DNA of 64,000 nt. Source: Patescibacteria group bacterium. GTDB taxonomy: Bacteria > Patescibacteriota > WWE3 > 2-01-FULL-39-13. A program made the position numbers and the translations under genes. This document shows, piece by piece, positions 26,617 through 37,097 of this stretch; position 1 is the first letter of the stretch; the number at the start of each line of letters is the position of its first letter. The notes under the pieces were generated by a model. It did not search any database and was not told the DNA's origin. It saw nothing but the letters and a program-made list of their open reading frames with translations. Where the stretch lies: positions 3,249 through 67,248 of the forward strand of contig JASNYX010000004.1 in NCBI GenBank assembly GCA_048499955.1. Direction: 5' to 3'.

Positions 26617-27765
26617 GGATTTTAATAGCTCTTTAGGTTCATCCAGGCTGATATTATAACGAATTGATTTTCTAAACTCATCAGCCGCTGCTTGATTATT
26701 ACCCTGTTTCTGATGAATTTTCCCTCGAATAATATATAATTCTGAAAATGCTCGGTTTCCGCTTTCTAAAATGCGATCTGAGATTTCAAAAACCCTATCA
26801 TATTGTTGAAATTCGTAATATGAAATTAGTGGTTCAATTTGATACCACAAAGTTCTACGAGAGATAAAAGGTTCGACTTTTTCAAATTCTTCAATTGCTT
26901 TCACATGATCCCCCGTGTTTGTATACGCAACTGATAAGTTGAACCTCGCATAAACATCGCTCTGATCCTCATTTATATGCATTAATGAATTTTTAACTGC
27001 ATTTTCCCATGAAACCCTAGCATCCGACTCTGGGCCTAAAGCTCTATCAACAATATCTTTTTTTTCTGCAGGAACAAGTAGCAGGTATTCGTAGTTAAAT
27101 TTTCTCCATAAAACATCAAGATCTTCATATGTGTAAACTAGATTTTTACCTTGTAAGGAATCGTCCTGAATAATAATCCGTTTATTCTCATCATAACCTT
27201 TAATAACTCTATAATGTCCAATGTCTTCATTTTCTTTGAGCCAGGTTCTTACAATAACAGGCATATCGTTAGTAATAAATACTTTTAGTAAATCGATAGT
27301 GCCATTTGGACGATGGTAAGGAATTAATCCGTAATCTGTTGATTTTACAGCAAGCTCTTCCAGAGTTGTGGATTTATCATCATTATCACCTTTTGGATGC
27401 TGATACGGACGTAACTCACGCCCTAAGGTTTCTTGGCTTTCATTTATTCCATAGTAGCTAAGGGCCATGGAAAAAGCTGCATGTCCACAGTTATTGAAAG
27501 TTTGAAAGATGTGGTAATTGTTAAACAAAGTTTTTTGAGCGGGTATCGCCAATTCATTACCCGGATGATCCACTTCACTGCCACGAAGTCGTTCTTCACT
27601 TTCATAATTATCAAGTCGAGACGATCCGTTTAGGTCGTCGACTTTGTTCGTTACAGAAGGTCCAGAAGGATAAAAGGAAACCCAAAAAGAGAGAATTAAT
27701 ATAGCAGCTGAGTAAGCAATCGCAACATATTTAAGCACAATAATATTTTGAAATTCACAAAACAC
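26605..27765 (-). CDS. signal-anchored C39-like papain-fold peptidase domain protein with C-terminal TPR-like repeats
   Basis: N-terminal TM. Candidate catalytic Cys lies in FNNCGHAAFSMALSYYG. The C-terminal helical repeats (NLSVAYTNTGDHVKAIEEFEKV...YIIRGKIHQKQGNNQAAADEFRKSI) are TPR-like. Confidence 0.5.
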   Translation of the reverse strand: MFCEFQNIIVLKYVAIAYSAAILILSFWVSFYPSGPSVTNKVDDLNGSSRLDNYESEERLRGSEVDHPGNELAIPAQKTLFNNYHIFQTFNNCGHAAFSMALSYYGINESQETLGRELRPYQHPKGDNDDKSTTLEELAVKSTDYGLIPYHRPNGTIDLLKVFITNDMPVIVRTWLKENEDIGHYRVIKGYDENKRIIIQDDSLQGKNLVYTYEDLDVLWRKFNYEYLLLVPAEKKDIVDRALGPESDARVSWENAVKNSLMHINEDQSDVYARFNLSVAYTNTGDHVKAIEEFEKVEPFISRRTLWYQIEPLISYYEFQQYDRVFEISDRILESGNRAFSELYIIRGKIHQKQGNNQAAADEFRKSIRYNISLDEPKELLKSLSI

Positions 27766-27842
27766 ACAGCAAGTAGATACTACAGCTCGGACCGGAATTC
27801 CCCCTGTAGCTCCAATTTCGTAAGAAGATCCACGTAGGAAAT

Positions 27843-28085
27843 TTATCCCGCAATCATCGCAATAGCAACACCTGTTGCCACTCCGAAAACTGCGCCAAAA
27901 ATTCCATTCATAACAACACCTTGTACGATGCCCAATCTAGATAAACTTTCTGTGAAATAATTAAAACTGACACTCCGGCCTAAAATAGGCATATCTTTCG
28001 GAAAAACCCCATGTCTGAACTCTGAGACTACTTTCCCTATAGCCGATTTTGATCCACCAAATAAACCTGACATTAATTGGGACAT
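27843..28085 (-). CDS. glycine-zipper small membrane protein
   Basis: GIVQGVVMNGIFGAVFGVATGVAIAMIAG is a GxxxG-repeat helix. Confidence 0.4.
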   Translation of the reverse strand: MSQLMSGLFGGSKSAIGKVVSEFRHGVFPKDMPILGRSVSFNYFTESLSRLGIVQGVVMNGIFGAVFGVATGVAIAMIAG

Positions 28086-28479
28086 TATTGCCTCCTCCTT
28101 AAATCATAAACACATACAAACTGATTTCGAGACTACACTAGGAAGCTTTAGAAAATGATAAACGAAATGTAAGAAATCTGTAAATAAAACCCAGCTCATA
28201 CTTCTTATTAAATTCTTACCGTAATTTTCCATATTTTTATATTCATCAGGTATCATTGTTAACTATGGAAGCAGCTGAATTAATGTACTACACCGTAACC
28301 GCAGGAATAATAATATTCATAATAATAATGTTATTTCTTGCTTACCAGATTACTTTATTTTTAACAGCCTTAAAGGTTCTGCTGTGGCAATTGAGAAGTA
28401 TTCCCCAAGCCGCAAGAGTGGCCTTTAGTGGCTTTCAGCTAAGTTTAATTCGCCAATTGTTAAATATTTTTAAAAGGAG

Positions 28480-28755
28480 GTGATAATGATGGCAAGATAT
28501 GACAACTATAATAGAGATAATGGTGGCTCAATGCTGGCGTTTTTTTTTGGAGCAGTTGCAGGAGCCTTAGCTATTATTTTACTGGATCGTGATTTGAGAG
28601 ACAAAGTTGAACATAAACTTCACGAAACTAAAGATAAAATTAGAGACAAAGCAACTGAAATAACAGAGCAAGTCGAAGGCACGGCCCACCAAAAACTACG
28701 TGAAGCAGAAGATATGATCGATGAAAGACGAAACAAGCGTGAAGGTGAAAACTAA
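28480..28755 (+). CDS. YtxH-like small membrane-anchored protein
   Basis: The N-terminal helix is FFFGAVAGALAIILL. It is followed by a charged coiled region. A strong RBS, AAGGAGGTGATAATG, lies upstream. Confidence 0.5.
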   Translation: MIMMARYDNYNRDNGGSMLAFFFGAVAGALAIILLDRDLRDKVEHKLHETKDKIRDKATEITEQVEGTAHQKLREAEDMIDERRNKREGEN

Positions 28756-29077
28756 TCGGTATTGGTGAATCGTATTAATAATAATAGCGAAAGTCCGAGA
28801 ATGACTGAAAAAATAAAGCTCAACTCCGGGCTGGCGGGGAATACATAAATATCAAGCAGTCCCCAAGTGCCTCTCCATAGCAAGATAGCCGCTAAATCCA
28901 CAATAAGGGATGCGGCTATGCTCCGGTTGTTCTTACGTCTGTATATGATTTTGCCTAGAATCTCATTTAACACTTTATTGATTATATTCCAACAGGAGTG
29001 AAATCAAAACGGCACAAAATAATCACCTTAACTTCAGCCAAATCTCAGGAAAAGACTTATAATATGACATATAAATT

Positions 29078-29761
29078 ATGAGGATATTAATAGTTGAAGA
29101 CGAACATAAAATTGCCTCGGCTCTAAAACGGGGGCTCACCCAAGAAGGGTTTTCCGCAGATACTGCATTTACAGGAATTGACGGATACGACCTAGCAAGC
29201 ACTGAAGACTATGACTTAATAATTCTTGACCTCATGTTACCGGGTATGGAAGGCACTGAAATTTCTCAGAAACTACGCAAAGAAGATATTCATACTCCGA
29301 TTCTGATGTTAACTGCGAAAGGAATGCTTGAAGATAAAGTGACCGGATTGAATTCCGGGGCAGATGACTATCTCACCAAACCATTTGCATTTGAAGAACT
29401 CCTTGCCAGAGTTAGAGCATTACTAAGAAGACCTAAAAATGCAATTCAGAATGAATTATCTTGCGAAGACCTAACTCTGGATACTATCAATTTTCATGTA
29501 TCTCGAGCAGGAAAAGAAATAAACCTATCAAGAAAGGAATTTGCCTTATTAGAATTTTTGATGCGAAATAAAAATAAAACACTTAGCAAAGAACAAATTA
29601 TTTCTCACGTATGGGACTACGACTCAAATGTACTTCCTAATACAGTAGAGCAATATGTAGGGTATCTTCGTGAAAAAGTCGATAAAAATTTCAAAAGTAA
29701 AAAACCACTGATAAAGACAATTCGAGGGTTTGGATATAGAATTGTCGAAGACGATGTTTAA
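29078..29761 (+). CDS. OmpR-family response regulator
   Basis: The receiver domain has D10/D11, phosphoacceptor D51 (IILDLMLPG), and T79/K101. The C-terminal winged helix is LSRKEFALLEFL. Confidence 0.85.
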   Translation: MRILIVEDEHKIASALKRGLTQEGFSADTAFTGIDGYDLASTEDYDLIILDLMLPGMEGTEISQKLRKEDIHTPILMLTAKGMLEDKVTGLNSGADDYLTKPFAFEELLARVRALLRRPKNAIQNELSCEDLTLDTINFHVSRAGKEINLSRKEFALLEFLMRNKNKTLSKEQIISHVWDYDSNVLPNTVEQYVGYLREKVDKNFKSKKPLIKTIRGFGYRIVEDDV

Positions 29762-30779
29762 AGAAGCAAAATTAAAATTAACCGGGTGGTATTTAGCAAT
29801 TATCATGTCAATTACCATCGCGTTCAGCTCAACCGTCTATTTTGGAGTGGTGCAATATACACAAATTGCACTCGAATCACAAATGCGTAAGATCGAACGC
29901 CAAATGGAAATCTACGGGGAAAATTTTCCCCTTCCAAAGATATTAGAAGCGAGATACGATATCGAGGCCTTACTCGAATTTAGAAAAAATACATTCGTAA
30001 CCCTACTAGGAATTAACCTGTTAGTTCTAATCATATCTGCTGTTCTAGGTTACTTTTTAGCAGGAAAAACACTTGATCCCATAGAACAAATGATACAAAA
30101 GCAGAAGAGATTCATCTCAGATGCCGCACACGAGATACGAACTCCACTAACTGCAATGAAAACCGATCTTGAGGTAACACTTCGAGATAAAAATCTCAAA
30201 ATATCTGATTCGAAAGCTGCCCTGAGCAATACTATTGAAGAAATAGACCGACTACATATTTTAACCACCCGATTACTTGAGAAATCGCGTGCACAAAATA
30301 GCGAGGAATTAGTTGACCCTAAAATTATTCATGCAGATGAGATACTGAATAAAGTTGTTTCAAAGTTCAGTAATCTGGCCAAAGAAAAAAATCAGGTAAT
30401 AAAAACTTTCATTAAACCTTCAAAAGTAAAAGGTGATCCGCTAAAAATTGAAGAGCTTTTTTCCAATATTCTTGAAAATGCCATAAAGTATAATTTTCCA
30501 CAAAAAGAAATAATAGTCAGGATGGAAATAAAAAGAGGAAACTCAGTTACTCAAATCATTGATCATGGAATTGGAATATCTGAACAAGATCTACCAAATG
30601 TATTTGAACCTTTCTATCGTACGGACCAATCTCGAACAAACTCCGGCAAAGAAGGTTACGGACTAGGTCTATCCATTTCAAAAGAAATAGTAAGTAGCCA
30701 CAAGGGACATATTCATATCAGAAGTAAACCGAGCCAAGGCACTACAGTCACTATTACAATTCCGGCCATCCAATCATAA
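29730..30779 (+). CDS. sensor histidine kinase (partner of the upstream response regulator)
   Basis: Two N-terminal TM helices. The H-box is DAAHEIRTPLTAM. HATPase_c motifs are NAIKYN and DHGIGI / GYGLGLSI. Confidence 0.85.
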   Translation: MDIELSKTMFKEAKLKLTGWYLAIIMSITIAFSSTVYFGVVQYTQIALESQMRKIERQMEIYGENFPLPKILEARYDIEALLEFRKNTFVTLLGINLLVLIISAVLGYFLAGKTLDPIEQMIQKQKRFISDAAHEIRTPLTAMKTDLEVTLRDKNLKISDSKAALSNTIEEIDRLHILTTRLLEKSRAQNSEELVDPKIIHADEILNKVVSKFSNLAKEKNQVIKTFIKPSKVKGDPLKIEELFSNILENAIKYNFPQKEIIVRMEIKRGNSVTQIIDHGIGISEQDLPNVFEPFYRTDQSRTNSGKEGYGLGLSISKEIVSSHKGHIHIRSKPSQGTTVTITIPAIQS

Positions 30780-32096
30780 GCTAAATTCTTCGTAGTGGAT
30801 TTTATCACTCACTACCCCTAAAGAAATGAGCATAGCTTTGTAACCGTCGTAAAACCCTTTACTCCCACATATAAAAAAACGAGCCTCGTCTAGTAAAGTC
30901 TTTGGTATAAGCTTTGAAATATCTTCCTTACTCAACCTACCATTTAGAATATTTTCTTCGTCTTTTATTTCGTCTGAAAGCACGTCAAAGTACCGTTCTC
31001 CAAGTTTATCTTTTAATAGATCCCGTCTAACCGCATTGTTTAAGAATGTATTCGCGTAAATCATATAGGTCGAGTCATCCCCATACTTACGGACAAGATC
31101 AACAAATGGTGTAATTCCGATACCTCCTGCGATTAAGACTTTAGGCGCTTCATTATGACCTTCCCTAGTGAACACCCCATACGGTCCATCAATCAGGATG
31201 CTATCACCCATTTCCAATCGACTAAGCTGCTCCGTAAACTTCCCGAAAACTTTGATACCGAATGTTAGCTCTCCGGTAGAAGCATCTGTTTCCATTACAG
31301 TAAACGGATGATTCTCGCCAAATCTACCAATTTGCATATAACAAAATTGCCCTACAGATGGAATAACAGGTTGCCCAACAGGCCGAAATTTCAATACATT
31401 AATCTGATCGCCTACCTTATGTTTATCAATTAGTTCGTATTTTCGTTTCCCCCATCCGTAAAATTTCGCCAATCTATACAATGTGAAAATAACAAAAGAT
31501 CCCAACATGAAAGTCCAAAGGTGGCCTAAATAATCATAGCGATTTAAGAAAGTACCAATCGACCTAGCATGCCAAAGTGAAAAAAATAACATAGGGTAAG
31601 CTAGATAATGAATATATAGCCACGGCCGATACTTCAACTTTTTTCTTAATATGGCACTAGTAACGAAAATTATCAGAAACAGTAGAAAGGCAATACGTCC
31701 ATAGGAAACATTTGCTTCAAATGAATTACTAAAGTTGTACTTAAAGGAATATAAAAATGAATTCGAGTAATGCATCGAAATAATGATCGGATGAAGCAAT
31801 ATTACTATCACTCCATATTTGCCTAACTTTTGATGAAGTTTATTGAACCATACGAGGTCGTTAGAAAATAGCGATGATATGAATCTACTTCCTAAGATTA
31901 CTTGCCAAAAGAGTAGTATTGTTCCCGCCAAACCGGCAAAACTCCCTAACAATGTGAGAAATGATGACTTATCTAAACGCGTAAATACTAATAAGAACGG
32001 GGCAAGGCTGGAGAAGATAAGAATTAGTAATATAGATTTATAATCTGTCTTCATGTAGTAATAATAACCGATTTTGAACAAAACAGCCCCGTACAA
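30774..32096 (-). CDS. NOX/ferric-reductase-like flavocytochrome (heme TM domain plus FAD/NAD(P)-binding FNR-like domain)
   Basis: Six TM helices with conserved His. The FAD site is HPFTVM and the NAD(P) site is GGIGITPF. Confidence 0.65.
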   Translation of the reverse strand: MYGAVLFKIGYYYYMKTDYKSILLILIFSSLAPFLLVFTRLDKSSFLTLLGSFAGLAGTILLFWQVILGSRFISSLFSNDLVWFNKLHQKLGKYGVIVILLHPIIISMHYSNSFLYSFKYNFSNSFEANVSYGRIAFLLFLIIFVTSAILRKKLKYRPWLYIHYLAYPMLFFSLWHARSIGTFLNRYDYLGHLWTFMLGSFVIFTLYRLAKFYGWGKRKYELIDKHKVGDQINVLKFRPVGQPVIPSVGQFCYMQIGRFGENHPFTVMETDASTGELTFGIKVFGKFTEQLSRLEMGDSILIDGPYGVFTREGHNEAPKVLIAGGIGITPFVDLVRKYGDDSTYMIYANTFLNNAVRRDLLKDKLGERYFDVLSDEIKDEENILNGRLSKEDISKLIPKTLLDEARFFICGSKGFYDGYKAMLISLGVVSDKIHYEEFSL

Positions 32097-32164
32097 AAAC
32101 GGGGCTGTATGAAAAATCTAATTTAAAACCGGAGAACTATATATCTCCAATTTTAACGTGTTAA

Positions 32165-32665
32165 TTACTCTATAATAAGTTTACCTACCATGCCCATTGC
32201 CCGATGCTCACCAACACTGCAGTAATATTCATAAGTTCCCGGTTCAGATGCTACAAATGACACTTCGGCATCTTGACCTGCACTTAAGATAGGTGTTCTC
32301 ACATTGAGTTCATCTATCACAAGGTCATGATTACCTTCGAGGTTTCTAAACATAATGTTTACTGTGTCACCCACGCTTACCCTAATTTCATTCATTGAAT
32401 ATGCAAAGTCTGAGGCAGTAACTTCAAAATTACGCTCGGAATCCATTTCCTCATCTAACATCATCAGGTCGTCTTCATTCAAGACAACGGATTCGTCCTC
32501 TACCAATTCCATACTGCTCGACTGCATGTCGGCAGGGCTATCCTCTGAATTCGAATTCATAGCGTAAACTAAAGCCGCTAGACCCAACAATGCAACTGCT
32601 GCGACGATTACCGGTGTCATGTTTTTTGCAGGAGCACCAGAAGGATTTTGATTTGTGTTATCCAT
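32165..32665 (-). CDS. cupredoxin (plastocyanin/azurin-like blue copper protein), membrane-anchored
   Basis: The type-1 Cu ligand set is in NLEGNHDLV ... YEYYCSVGEHRAMGMVGKLII (His, Cys, His, Met). N-terminal TM. Confidence 0.7.
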   Translation of the reverse strand: MDNTNQNPSGAPAKNMTPVIVAAVALLGLAALVYAMNSNSEDSPADMQSSSMELVEDESVVLNEDDLMMLDEEMDSERNFEVTASDFAYSMNEIRVSVGDTVNIMFRNLEGNHDLVIDELNVRTPILSAGQDAEVSFVASEPGTYEYYCSVGEHRAMGMVGKLIIE

Positions 32666-33025
32666 ATTTATCTAATCAACATAAGTTTAAAACTACACTG
32701 ACGAAAAATTTATTCCCCAGAGATACTTCTAAAAAAGTTGAGTATTTTAAAATTATTAACCACTAAATGCACTAATAAGAGAGCCTAATAGAAACATTTT
32801 TATCAATCATTTCTGAGAAGGATCTGATAGTGACTCATAAACTGGATTATTGCTTAATTATTAATATCAATCAACCATTTTATAGAAAGAATTATTAAAC
32901 AAGTTCTCAGACTCCTCTCAGTAGATACAATTATTGTAAAACGGTGTTTAATAAAATAGCATTTACCTGACAATTAATATGCTCGGTTTAATATAGTAAG
33001 GGTAATTTATCGAATTAATACTAAA

Positions 33026-34099
33026 ATGAAAATCTTCGGTCCAGCAATACTCGTGTTATCACTTTTTGGAATAATAGGACTTCTGTATCACTTTAGATCT
33101 GAATTAACCACAATAAATAGGAGTGAAACAGTTGATTATCTTGCAGAAGATAGCGACATTATAAGTACAGAAAATAATAAAATCGAGGAACTACATCCCT
33201 TATCGATTGAGAAACTTCGGCAACAGGACTACCCGGGCAGTGATCTGATTATAGAGCAAACACTCTCACCCGGATCAAATTATAAAAGATATGTTGTTTC
33301 CTATCTTTCTGAAGGACTAAAAATATACGCGTTACTTACCGTTCCAAATGGTGCAAAACCTGATACAGGCTGGCCGGTCGTAATCTTTAATCATGGATAT
33401 ATTCCACCTGCACAATATCGTACGACGGAAAGATACATCGCATACACAGATGCATTTTCCAGAAACGGATACATACTACTTCGACCGGATTATAGAGGTC
33501 ACGGTAACTCAGAAGGCACCCCTGCAGGCGGATATGGGTCAAATGCATATACCATCGATGTGCTGAACGCACTTGCTTCAGTCCAAAAACATCCTGATGC
33601 CGACCCCAAAAGGATAGGTATGTGGGGTCATTCTATGGGGGGATCCATCACTCTTAAGTCTATGGTTACCAATAAAGATATTAAGGCCGGGGTTATTTGG
33701 GCAGGCGTCGTGGCTTCATATCCGGATTTGCTGAATAACTGGAGACGAAGGTCCGTGACGCCTGCACCAACGATAATTACCCAAAACCCAAGCAGAAGCT
33801 GGAGAAGCACATTAGTCGAAATATACGGTGAACCTGAAAATAATCCGGAATTCTGGGATTCAATTTCTGCAAATTCCTATCTGGATGATATTTCCGGACC
33901 CATTCAACTTCATCATGGCACTTCAGATTCATCAATTCCGGTTGAATTTTCAATAAAATTAGATCAACAAATGAAAGATGCCGACCGGACTTCAGAATTA
34001 TTTGTCTACAATGGCGACGACCACAACATCAGTCGAAATTTTAGTGCAGCCATCAATAGATCTGTACAATTCTTTGACAAATATGTAAAAGCTCTATGA
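33026..34099 (+). CDS. alpha/beta-hydrolase, prolyl-oligopeptidase (S9)-like
   Basis: The nucleophile elbow is GMWGHSMGG, with a downstream Asp/His. N-terminal signal anchor. Confidence 0.65.
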   Translation: MKIFGPAILVLSLFGIIGLLYHFRSELTTINRSETVDYLAEDSDIISTENNKIEELHPLSIEKLRQQDYPGSDLIIEQTLSPGSNYKRYVVSYLSEGLKIYALLTVPNGAKPDTGWPVVIFNHGYIPPAQYRTTERYIAYTDAFSRNGYILLRPDYRGHGNSEGTPAGGYGSNAYTIDVLNALASVQKHPDADPKRIGMWGHSMGGSITLKSMVTNKDIKAGVIWAGVVASYPDLLNNWRRRSVTPAPTIITQNPSRSWRSTLVEIYGEPENNPEFWDSISANSYLDDISGPIQLHHGTSDSSIPVEFSIKLDQQMKDADRTSELFVYNGDDHNISRNFSAAINRSVQFFDKYVKAL

Positions 34100-34111
34100 T
34101 AGAATCAAATA

Positions 34112-34957
34112 ATGAAGAAACTAATACTTTTTGCTTCTATTGCTTTAGCTACTCTTACACTCTTCGGACTTTTTACTCTATACAAAAATGGAATAAATAT
34201 TGCTCAAAAGAAAACGAGCGATGACTCACCTATAGACTCTGAAATTATTGTGAGCGTCGAAAATCTGGAAACACAGGCATCTGAGGTTGATTATTACAAT
34301 GGTGTGAAGGGTTATCTGGCAAAGCCTGCTGCAGGATCAAATTATCCCGGAGTAGTAATGATTCATGAGTGGTGGGGCTTGAATGACAATATAAAAGATA
34401 TGGCTGAAAAACTTGCTTCTGAAGGTTACATCGTTCTTGCAGTAGACCTTTACGCAGGTAAAGTAGCTCTGAACCCGGACGAGGCTAGGCAACTAACAGG
34501 GTCTATCGACAACGAAGAATCCATTAATAACATGAGAGCAGCTGTTGCCTATCTCAAATCTCAAGGTGCAGAAAACACCGCAGCTCTAGGTTGGTGTTTT
34601 GGAGGAGGACAATCCCTTCAGTTAGCACTTAGTGGAGAAAAATTAAACGCAACTGTTATTTACTACGGAAACCTCGAAACCGACAAATCCAAACTAGCTG
34701 CAATTAGCTGGCCGGTTTTAGGAATTTTCGGAGAACAGGATACTTCGATACCTGTAGATACCGTCAACAAATTTGATACGGCTTTAGACGATCTGAAAAT
34801 TGAAAATGAAATATATATATACGAGAATGTCGGTCATGCATTTGCAAATCCATCAGGTCAAAATTTCGCCCCGGAAGAAACCAAAAATGCATGGTCAAGA
34901 ACTCTTAATTTTCTAGAGATTCACTTAAGTCAAAAAAAAGGGCCTCTTGCCGAGTAA
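34112..34957 (+). CDS. dienelactone-hydrolase-family protein
   Basis: Nucleophile motif GWCFGGG. Signal peptide. Confidence 0.6.
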   Translation: MKKLILFASIALATLTLFGLFTLYKNGINIAQKKTSDDSPIDSEIIVSVENLETQASEVDYYNGVKGYLAKPAAGSNYPGVVMIHEWWGLNDNIKDMAEKLASEGYIVLAVDLYAGKVALNPDEARQLTGSIDNEESINNMRAAVAYLKSQGAENTAALGWCFGGGQSLQLALSGEKLNATVIYYGNLETDKSKLAAISWPVLGIFGEQDTSIPVDTVNKFDTALDDLKIENEIYIYENVGHAFANPSGQNFAPEETKNAWSRTLNFLEIHLSQKKGPLAE

Positions 34958-34994
34958 TCGGAAGAGGCTTCCCACCATTAAGTAACCTGTCTAT

Positions 34995-35513
34995 TTAATC
35001 CTGTTGCATAGGATAACCAAACTTACCTTTCATCATCATTCTTTTGTTATGACCATCCTTCATCTTTGAATGCATGAATACAGGAACATCCTTCGGGTTC
35101 ACACCAATAGATTCCAGAAAACTTTCCCACTCAGTTCTGTGCGCTTCCATGTTGGTTTTCATTTCTTCTCGAGAAAGGCTTTTCCACTCTTCTTTCCGAG
35201 GTTCCCACTCTGCCATCTTAGACAAAATTTGAGCCCGCTGATCTTCGGTAATTTTCCCATCCTGAACCAAAGTATTAAGGCTATTTTCGAATCTAAGTTT
35301 GTGACCTGCTTTCATTTCGCCCCTAACCTCGGACACTACCTGATCTACCTCAGACGGATCTAAGTTAAATCTTTCAATAAGCCTCTGAATCAAAAGAGGG
35401 CGACTTTTCTCTTCGCCTTGAGCTATGGCATTGTTCGATGCAAATATGAAGTATCCTGTCGCTGCTACAACACCTACCATAGTCAAAACTGAAAATGTTA
35501 TTAGTTTACGCAT
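34995..35513 (-). CDS. periplasmic LTXXQ-motif (Spy/CpxP-like) protein
   Basis: Signal anchor. The helical protein carries KITEDQRAQI and LDPSEVDQV motifs. Confidence 0.35.
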   Translation of the reverse strand: MRKLITFSVLTMVGVVAATGYFIFASNNAIAQGEEKSRPLLIQRLIERFNLDPSEVDQVVSEVRGEMKAGHKLRFENSLNTLVQDGKITEDQRAQILSKMAEWEPRKEEWKSLSREEMKTNMEAHRTEWESFLESIGVNPKDVPVFMHSKMKDGHNKRMMMKGKFGYPMQQD

Positions 35514-35842
35514 ATTAAATCACCCCCTTTTGATAACTATGCTCAATCTAACGGATAAGTCTGAAAATACGCTGAAACGGGAGTAAGAATTATCTACTAT
35601 AGATATTGTTAGGTATTTATGCTAGACTTACGCTCGTAAGTCAGGAATTTATCTTTCTGGATGAAAGAAAGACGCTGCGCCAGTAAAAACCGCCGCCTCT
35701 TATGAGATTCATTTACTGCGGTTACGGGCAAGGTGCCTACTTAACAAATAACTTCAGTTTCCACTCTTCATTAAATTTCCTCAACATTAATTATTAAAAA
35801 GGGACTAACCGATCATAAAGTTGTCTACGACAACCCTGATCT

Positions 35843-37075
35843 TTGCGTCCAAAAAGCAATATGTATCAAAATAAATACAGGCAATTTAGCCGAAACAGTT
35901 TTAGTCGAGGAAATTCAAATGTGCGAAGTCGCAATAATAGACGTGGAAACGGGAGAAATAATAGCTTGAATGATCACACGCTTTACATTCGTAAAGCTGT
36001 CGAAATTCAAGAGATTCCCGAATATAAACCTGCTTACACTTATGCAGAACTGCCTATCAACGAAGTATTAAAAAATAATATTCTAAGAAAAGGTTTCAGT
36101 TCCCCTACACCTATACAAGATCTGGCAATTCCATCCATTTTAGACGGAAATGACTTTATAGGAATGGCGAATACAGGAACAGGGAAAACTGCAGCATATT
36201 TAATTCCTCTAATTGAGAAAATCTCAAAGAATAATCAAGAACGCATACTAATAATTGCTCCCACTAGAGAATTAGCCAACCAGATAAACAGCGAGTTTAT
36301 TTCGCTTAAACAAGGTTTGAATCTTTATTCAGCCGTACTAATCGGTGGTGCCCCTATGGGTCAACAAATTCGGGAATTAAGAAGAAACCCTAATCTGTTG
36401 ATTGTAACTCCGGGAAGACTCGGCGATCATATCGGAAGAGGATTCATTAATTTCAGCAAATTTAAATACGTTGTTCTTGATGAAGTAGATCGTATGTTAG
36501 ATATGGGTTTTGTTAAAGAAATCAAGAAAATTCTAGGACAACTACCTGAATCAAGACAATCACTGTTTTTTTCCGCAACCCTATCAAATCAGGTTGAAGA
36601 ACTAATTCGAGAGAATTCAAAGAACCCGGTTAAAGCAAATGTTGTCACCGGAAAAACATCCGATCATGTCGATCAGGACATTGTTAAAGTTGGTAGAAGC
36701 GAGAATAAAATTGAAATTCTTCATGAGCTACTCATAAAAGATAATTTCACGAAAACTTTAATCTTCGGAAAAACAAAAATCGGAGTACAAAAACTTCATA
36801 AAGAATTAAATGAAAGAGGATTCAAAGTTGAATCTCTGCATGGAGATAAAACTCAGTACGCAAGACAAAGATCTTTATTAAAATTCAAAGAGGGTCACGT
36901 AAACATTCTAATTGCCACTGATGTAGCCGCAAGAGGTTTAGACATCGCTGACATTTCACACGTGATCAATTTCGATCTACCTGACTCATACGACGATTAT
37001 ATTCATCGTATCGGAAGAACCGGAAGAGCTAATAAAATAGGCCAAGCATTAACGTTTGTATCTTCAGGATATTAA
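35843..37075 (+). CDS. DEAD-box ATP-dependent RNA helicase
   Basis: The Q-motif is PTPIQ. Motif I is ANTGTGKTAAY, motif II is VLDEVDRM, motif III is SAT and motif VI is HRIGRTGRA. The N-terminal R/N-rich tail is disordered. Confidence 0.9.
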   Translation: MRPKSNMYQNKYRQFSRNSFSRGNSNVRSRNNRRGNGRNNSLNDHTLYIRKAVEIQEIPEYKPAYTYAELPINEVLKNNILRKGFSSPTPIQDLAIPSILDGNDFIGMANTGTGKTAAYLIPLIEKISKNNQERILIIAPTRELANQINSEFISLKQGLNLYSAVLIGGAPMGQQIRELRRNPNLLIVTPGRLGDHIGRGFINFSKFKYVVLDEVDRMLDMGFVKEIKKILGQLPESRQSLFFSATLSNQVEELIRENSKNPVKANVVTGKTSDHVDQDIVKVGRSENKIEILHELLIKDNFTKTLIFGKTKIGVQKLHKELNERGFKVESLHGDKTQYARQRSLLKFKEGHVNILIATDVAARGLDIADISHVINFDLPDSYDDYIHRIGRTGRANKIGQALTFVSSGY

Positions 37076-37097
37076 CCAGATCCGGAAATTTCAAAGA

